Assembly: GCA_009914755.4 (NCBI GenBank)
Contig: CP068257.2
Location: 44,992,001-45,056,000 of the forward strand
Direction: 5' to 3'
Source of the DNA: the human T2T-CHM13v2.0 reference genome, Homo sapiens
Length of the DNA stretch: 64,000 bases
Below, piece by piece: positions 56,521 to 64,000 of this stretch. Position 1 is the stretch's first letter; the number at the start of each line of letters is the position of its first letter. The notes below the pieces were generated by a model. It was not told the origin of the DNA. It worked only from the letters and a program-made list of their open reading frames with translations, and did not search any database. Both the position numbers and the translations under genes were made by a program.

Positions 56521-57753
56521 CACCACTCTGGGCCCAGCCTGGGCGTCCCTCCGACAACAGCCCCAACGGGAGGAGCTCCCTGTCTTCCACCCCGCGAGGA
56601 GCACCACAGCTCTTCATGGTCTGACCCAAAGCGCCTCCACGGGGCGTCGGGGTTCACCTGACGTTTTTGGAGGTGCCTGTTTTTTGGGACACATTTCCCC
56701 GCCAGCACCCTGGGCATGTGTGGCAGTGGAGCTGCCTTCAGGGCCCTGCAGGCCTTCCCTTTGGGTGGGGTTGGCTACCCCGGTCTGGCACCTGCCCCGC
56801 TGACTTCCCAGCGTGGTGGCCCCGCGAGGGGACCCCGGCTCCAGGGAGGTCGCAGAGGTGCGGGGTTGATGGCCTGGCCTGGCATGTGGTCCCCATCACA
56901 AGAGTCCTGTGGTGGCCCCTCCAGTGCCATCACCGGGTGGAGGTGGGCAGCTTGGAGGCCAGTTATACCCATCCCCGAGTCTGGGGGCGTGGAGGGGGCA
57001 GTGACCTGGGGCACAGGCTGGGGTGAGGGGTGTGACCAGAGTCAGGGAAAAACTGGAGACCTGAGGAGCCCCCCACTTCACTGCTGGCCCCACCGTGGAC
57101 AGTGGGAGTTTGAGGGAAGACAGAGCCTGAGGAACTTAGAGATGTTTCCAACGCAACCCAGTGCAGAATCATAGCGTTTTACTATTTCCCCCCAAATGTG
57201 ACAGTTGTCCTCACCTTGTAACCTTCACAGAAGCGACTCCTTGGACCTGATTCTGTCTGTGTACACCACAGTTTAACAGCAGGAGCTAGATCACCAGCCT
57301 CTGCAGCTTAGGCAAGGGTGCAGGAAGGGGTTGCACAGCCGTCCTCCTGGCGGGCCGGGGAGTCGACACCACACGGGACCTTTAGTGCAGCTGTGTGTCC
57401 CCTGAGCTCCCGCATCCTCTGGGCCACCCAGGGTGAGCCGTCCACACCTCCTGGAATCTGAGTGGTCTCAGGAGCAAGCTTGTGTTTGGCATTGGCAGGA
57501 TCTGTCTCACTAGCGTAACTTTGATCCCAGTGTATCCCATAGAGTCCCTTTAGATCACAGGGCTGGGGGTGTATATGTTCCCTGAGTTAGCCTGAAAAGC
57601 CAAGCTTTGTGTCCCCAGGCCCTCAGGGTGGACTGCCGGCTGTGTGGGTGCTGTTGGGGGCGAGAGCCAGTGCGAGCCTGAGTCAGCGCCCCGAGGGCCA
57701 TGTGGAGACTGCCCTAGCTCAGCCTCCAGGTCACACGCACCCCTGTCTTGCAG

Positions 57754-57925
57754 CACCACACACTGGAAGCAGACGCTGTTCATGATGGACGACCCAGTCC
57801 CTGTCCATACAGGAGACGTGGTCACGGGTTCAGTTGTGTTGCAGAGAAACCCAGTGTGGAGAAGGCACATGTCTGTGGCTCTGAGCTGGGCTGTCACTTC
57901 CAGACAAGACCCCACATCTCAAAAA
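57754..57925 (+). CDS. PRMT2: PRMT2 coding exon 10 (P-TTHWKQTLFMMDDPVPVHTGDVVTGSVVLQRNPVWRRHMSVALSWAVTSRQDPTSQK; THW loop).
   Basis: Acceptor gtcttgcag|c and donor caaaaa|gtaaga. The exon is 172 nt. The six-frame ORF at 57644-57997 carries it in frame. Confidence 0.95.
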
Positions 57926-58665
57926 GTAAGATACGTAGTTGTAAGATTCTGTCCTGTGGGTGCCGGTCCTCAGGGAGACAGGCCTGGGTGGTGGTAGTGA
58001 TGGCAGATGCTGGCCCACACTGGGGTCCACGCCTTTTGTGCAGGAGTGATTTAATCCTTACACAGAAAGCGCCTGTTGTCATTGGCTTCATTTCCCATCT
58101 GACAGCACGGGAAGTGGAGGGCTCTGGAAGGGAAGTCAGGGAAGTCATTCCCTCAGGTGACACGGTAAGTGAGGGAGAGCAGAGACCCACATCAGCCTGA
58201 GGCCCCTTGTGCCATGTCCAGAGGGTCCCCCAGATGGACAGAAGCCTGAGCTGTGCCTTGGCGCTCCCTTTACACAGGCCTCTGTGGCTTCCCAGGCAGC
58301 AGTTAGTCTAGGCGTGTCGTCTGTGATGCGTGTTCTGACTGGCAGCCTTCGGATCCGTGTGTGAATTCATGTGTAGCTCGCCCAGCTCACTTGGGCTTCC
58401 TGTCTCAGAGGCTGCTGAAAATGGAATGTTCTTCTTTGGGCTCAGGATTAATGTGGCAAAGAAAATAAAAATAAATGGTTTTCCTTCATTTTTTATATTT
58501 GTTTTGTGCTTTGCTTTGTGATAAGTTTTTGTTAAAAGTTTGTCATTTAAAAAAATTCTGCACCTGAATACTGTTCTCTTGTCCAATATTAAACCATTAG
58601 GAAATGTAGTATGTTAATCAAATGATTTATCATCTGATTGACCTGTTGTCATTTATCTTTTTCAG

Positions 58666-58698
58666 GTTGGAGAAAAAGTCTTCCCCATCTGGAGATGA
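58666..58698 (+). CDS. PRMT2: PRMT2 terminal coding segment (VGEKVFPIWR, stop TGA at 58696-58698).
   Basis: Acceptor tctttttcag|gtt. The joined CDS across exons 2-11 is 1302 nt (433 aa plus stop), all exon-intron boundaries are GT-AG, and phases are consistent throughout. Confidence 0.93.
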   Translation, partial: VGEKVFPIWR

Positions 58699-59320
58699 CA
58701 GTTGATGCTTTATTTGGAAAGCAGTGTGCATATCTTGAGGGGTGATGAACACAAGCAAACCAAGTTGCACCTGGCTTCTGCACACTCCTGCGAAAGTCGG
58801 TGAACATTCACTCCACATTGACCCCTCCCTAGCCTGGCAGGTGACGTCAGGGTCCTTCACAGACAAACACGCTTGGGCTCGGCAGGAGCTGCCGTGGCCA
58901 CCCCCGCTGCCCAGTGTCTGCCCTCTAGAAGTAGGCTGTGTTTCCAGGTGTTCACCCGTGGTGCCCACAGTGCCGACCCGTGGCTGGGTCGGAGCTCCAT
59001 GTTCCTAAGCTAGGTCTAGGTCTACACTCCTAGGACGCACGCATATCAGCCCGTGTACCCTGTGACAGTGACTGTCCCCACCTCCTGTGTTAGTGGTGCC
59101 CTTACTGCCGTCGCTCATCCACTCGTGTGGGACGTAGGATTGCACAGGGCTGTGCCAGTGGCGTGTAGGGAACACTGCCCTGGCTCAGCGTGCGAGCTAA
59201 GGTGGCGATGTATGCGATGGGACTCTGCATGGGATAGTACAGTTGTGTAGACGTCTTCCAAATAAATTATGTGTTGGTGCATCGCACATGCTCAATAAAT
59301 ATTTTTAAATGAGTGAATGT
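58699..59320 (+). other. PRMT2: PRMT2 3'UTR with two AATAAA poly(A) signals (59261-59266 and 59294-59299). The cleavage site is probably 15-25 nt after one of them.
   Basis: This follows the stop codon directly. The AATAAA hexamers are followed by T/GT-rich sequence. The exact 3' end is not determinable without transcript data. Confidence 0.6.
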
Positions 59321-59495
59321 CATTGTGTATCCTGTTTTATGCATATATGTTATTTTTTGTAATTACAGGATCATACTATATGCATTGCTTTATAAGTTTT
59401 TCTCAATATTGTGAAAAAACTTCCACATCAGTAGATACATGTCCATACTTTTTTTTTGTATTGTTTTGATTTTTATTAAATTTTATTGAAATATA

Positions 59496-59859
<364 letters not shown>

Positions 59860-60582
59860 TTATAAAGTGGACGCACATGTAACCAGCATCCAGGCCAGGA
59901 CACACTACAGATTCCCCGATTCCCCTTCCACTCAGTGCCCACCCTCTCAAGGGTGATGTCCTGACTTGTAACTGTCGATTACTCTTGCCTGAATGGAGTT
60001 GTACACGTGTTCTTTTGTGTCTGCCTTCTTTAATTAAACATTGTTTGTGAGACTCATCTATGAATTTTAGACAGTGTGGTTGTGGTTGACTTTTTCATTG
60101 TGGCATAGTATTCAACTGCATGAATAGACCACAGTTTATGATCTTGTTTCACATGGTGTCCTTTTGGGTTGTTGCCATGGTTTAGCTATGATGATTACTG
60201 AGACTGTGGACATTTCTGTGTATGTGTTTTGGTGCATGTATGTACACATTTCTGTTGGGTGTACACTGTATACCAGGTTTTCAAGTCAAGGAATCTAATA
60301 TCCCTGCCAGCTGTGCATGAGAGTTGGCATCCTCGTCAACACCCAGTATTGTGTTTTGCATTTTACCTGCTCTGGTGGGCGTGTGGATTTGGTATACATT
60401 TCATTGATGACTAATCCAGTTTTGTAGATTTGCCGCTCATTTTGGATATCCTGTTTTTGAGGTGCTTGTTTAAGTCTTTGGCCCATTTTACTATTAGGGT
60501 TTTTTTTTTTCTATTTCTAATTGAGATTCCAGGTGTTCCTGATATAATTTGGCTGAGTCCTGTAACACATATATTTTTGTGA

Positions 60583-61465
<883 letters not shown>

Positions 61466-61559
61466 AGGCATGACTTTGTACTTAACTGCTCAGCTTTGTA
61501 ATCACTGGGGGCCCAGATGCTCACTTGGATTCTAACTTTGTTGGCATCTGGGCCTAAAA

Positions 61560-62560
61560 GCCGTGATGCAGGTGAGCAATGATGCAGAGGGCTCTGTGCG
61601 CCTGGCGGGCTCTGTTTGCCTGCTGGGCTCTGTGCGCCTGCTGGGCTCTGTGCGCCCGGGAAGGTGCGGCCACCCTCACGCGGAAGGCGGCCAGCGGATC
61701 CCGGTGCGCGCAGCTCCCAGCGCTGGGGTTCCAGCGCCCCGCCTCTTCCTGTAGCAACCAGCGGGACCTGCCGTCCCCCGGGGCACCCCGAGGGGTCTGC
61801 GCCCGCTTCTTTCCGAAACGGGAAGGCGCTGGGGGCTCGGCAGCCAGAGGGACGGGTTCAGGGAGCGTCCGGTGAGCCTAAGACGCGCCTTTGCCGGGGT
61901 TGCCGGGTGTCTGCCTCTCACTTAGGTATTAGGAACCGTGGCACAAATCTGTAGGTTTTCCTCTGGGGGTGGGCGGAGGCTCCAAACCGGACGGTTTTCT
62001 CCTGGAGGACTGTGTTCAGACAGATACTGGTTTCCTTATCCGCAGGTGTGCGCGGCGCTCGCAAGTGGTCAGCATAACGCCGGGCGAATTCGGAAAGCCC
62101 GTGCGTCCGTGGACGACCCACTTGGAAGGAGTTGGGAGAAGTCCTTGTTCCCACGCGCGGACGCTTCCCTCCGTGTGTCCTTCGAGCCACAAAAAGCCCA
62201 GACCCTAACCCGCTCCTTTCTCCCGCCGCGTCCATGCAGAACTCCGCCGTTCCTGGGAGGGGAAGCCCGCGAGGCGTCGGGAGAGGCACGTCCTCCGGGA
62301 GCAAAGAGCTCCTCCGAGCGCGCGGCGGGGACGCTGGGCCGACAGGGGACCGCGGGGGCAGGGCGGAGAGGACCCGCCCTCGAGTCGGCCCAGCCCTAAC
62401 ACTCAGGACCGCCTCCAGCCGGAGGTCTGCGCCCTTCTGAGGACCCTGCCTGGGGGAGCTTATTGCGGTTCTTTTGCAAATACCCGCTGCGCTTGGACGG
62501 AGGAAGCGCCCACGCGTCGACCCCGGAAACGAAGGCCTCCCTGATGGGAACGCATGCGTC
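61560..62560. promoter_or_regulatory. Orphan CpG island about 2.3 kb downstream of the PRMT2 poly(A) signals, with an 18-bp x4 tandem repeat (gggctctgtgcgcctgct) at 61589-61660.
   Basis: About 1 kb of CpG-dense, non-repeat sequence bounded by Alus. It contains consensus donor-like sites (cag|gtgagc at 61568-61576). No coding gene is visible. Confidence 0.65.
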
Positions 62561-63108
62561 CAGGAGCCTTTATTTACTCTTAATTCTGCCCGATGCTTGT
62601 ACGTGTGTGAAATGCTTCAGATGCTTTTGGGAGCGAGGTGTTACATAAATCATGGAAATGCCTCCTGGTCTCACCACACCCAGGGTGACAGCTGAGATGC
62701 GGCTTCTCCAGGGTGGAGCCTCCTCGTTTTCCAGAGCTGCTTGTTGAAGTCTTCCCAGGGCCCCTGACTTGCACTGGAAACTGCTCACCTTGGCATCGGG
62801 ATGTGGAGCAAGAAATGCTTTTGTTTTCATTCATCCTAGTGTTCATAAAATGGAAAACAAATAAGGACATACAAAAACATTAATAAAATAAATTAATGGA
62901 ACTAGATTTTTCAGAAAGCACAACAAACACAAAATCCAAGTATTGCCATGTCAGCAACACATTCCTACTTTAAGTTTTATGAAGTTAATTGGAGTAGTGG
63001 AGAACAAAAGTGGATGTGGGGCAGATCTGCGTCCTGCATGTGTCTTGCAGCCAGACTGTTCCAGCTGTGGCAGACCTCAAAATAGAGAGGACCCAGGTTT
63101 TCTGATTT

Positions 63109-63755
63109 TGCCTTCTTTTTTTTTTTTTAAATTTATTATTGTTATACTTTAAGTTTTAGGGTACATGTGCATGATGTGCAGGTTAGTTTCATATGTATAC
63201 ATGTGCCATGCTGGTGTGCTGCACCCACTAACTCGTCATCTAGCATTAGGTATATCTCCCAGTGCTATCCCTCCCCCCTCCCCCCACCCCACAACAGTCC
63301 CCAGAGTGTGATGTTCCCCTTCCTGTGCCCATGTGTTCTCATCGTTCAATTCCCACCTATGAGTGAGAATATGCGGTGTTTGGTTTTTTGTTCTTGCGAT
63401 AGTTTACTGAGAATGATGATTTCCAATTTCATCCATGTCCCTACAAAGGACATGAACTCATCCTTTTTTATGGCTGCATAGTATTCCATGGTGTATATGT
63501 GCCACATTTTCTTAATCCAGTCTATCATTATTGGACATTTGGGTTGGTTCCAAGTCTTTGCTATTGTGAATAGTGCCGCAATAAACATACGTGTGCATGT
63601 GTCTTTAAAGCAGCATGATTTACAGTCCTTTGTGTATATACCCAGTAATGGGATGGCTGGGTCAAATGGTATTTCTAGTTCTAGATCCCTGAGGAATCGC
63701 CACACTGACTTCCACAATGGTTGAACTAGTTTACAGTCCCAACAACAGTGAGAGG
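63109..63755 (-). mobile_element. Young 5'-truncated L1 (L1PA-like; ORF2 C-terminus plus 3'UTR plus poly(A), antisense), flanked by the 18-bp target-site duplication agaggacccaggttttct.
   Basis: A poly-T at 63116-63128 leads into the reverse complement of the L1 3'UTR (tttaagttttagggtacatgtgcatgatgtgcaggttagtttcatatgtatacatgtgccatgctggtgtgctgcacccactaactcgtcatctagcattaggtatatctcc...). The minus-strand ORF at 63346-63717 reads KSVWRFLRDLELEIPFDPAIPLLGIYTKDCKSCCFKDTCTRMFIAALFTIAKTWNQPKCPIMIDWIKKMWHIYTMEYYAAIKKDEFMSFVGTWMKLEIIILSKLSQEQKTKHRIFSLIGGN. The duplication copies are at 63087-63104 and 63758-63775. Confidence 0.9.
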
Positions 63756-64000
63756 ACCCAGGTTTTCTAAGACCAAGTCGCTACACTCTTAACTGCAGTG
63801 GGTGGAGTTTGGGGATGGACTTCTCCTCAGCTCCCTGCTGCCGCTCTCCAGCGTCCCCGGGTGCAGACCCTCTGCCGCCACAGCTGGAGACTCCCAAAGG
63901 AGGCAAGCAAGCCTCAGCGATCCCAGGAGGCCCCATCGGCCCTTCCCAGGCTTTCCTCTCTTTAAGCTCCTCCTCCTCCTTCCCTTTCTTCAGAATCGAA

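Noticed and set aside
55990-57174. 205- and 220-aa minus-strand ORFs and multiple plus-strand ORFs across the intragenic CpG island and G-run cluster.
   Set aside because: They have the same GC-artefact signature (PRP/GRG repeats) and are antisense to a verified PRMT2 exon. The G-rich repeat explains the lack of stop codons.

Overview
This window is human (primate) nuclear DNA, not a prokaryotic or phage region. It contains about 20 Alu SINEs, several L1 LINEs, MaLR LTRs (THE1/MST/MLT1), CpG islands and GT-AG introns. The only protein-coding gene I can support is PRMT2 (protein arginine methyltransferase 2) on the + strand. All ten coding exons are present with canonical splice sites. Joined, they give 1302 nt (433 aa plus stop), including the N-terminal SH3 domain, the VLDVGCGTG S-adenosylmethionine-binding motif and the THW loop. 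A CpG-island promoter sits near 29.3-30.5 kb and poly(A) signals near 59.26-59.30 kb. From memory, this is the most telomeric gene on chr21q22.3, and the first ~29 kb would be the intergenic region between S100B and PRMT2; no S100B exon is visible. The first ~29 kb and the introns are dominated by nested retroelements (an L1-in-L1 pile-up interrupted by a THE1 element and Alus), several young Alus with target-site duplications, a young 5'-truncated L1, and simple repeats. I see no CRISPR array, no tRNA or rRNA, no operons and no prokaryotic defence system. The most interesting unexplained signals are two CpG islands not tied to a visible coding gene (one intragenic just upstream of exon 9, one about 2.3 kb downstream of PRMT2 carrying an 18-bp x4 tandem repeat), a G-run cluster abutting the exon-9 donor, an imperfect ~108-bp tandem duplication in the promoter, and several tandem duplications and minisatellites inside repeats.
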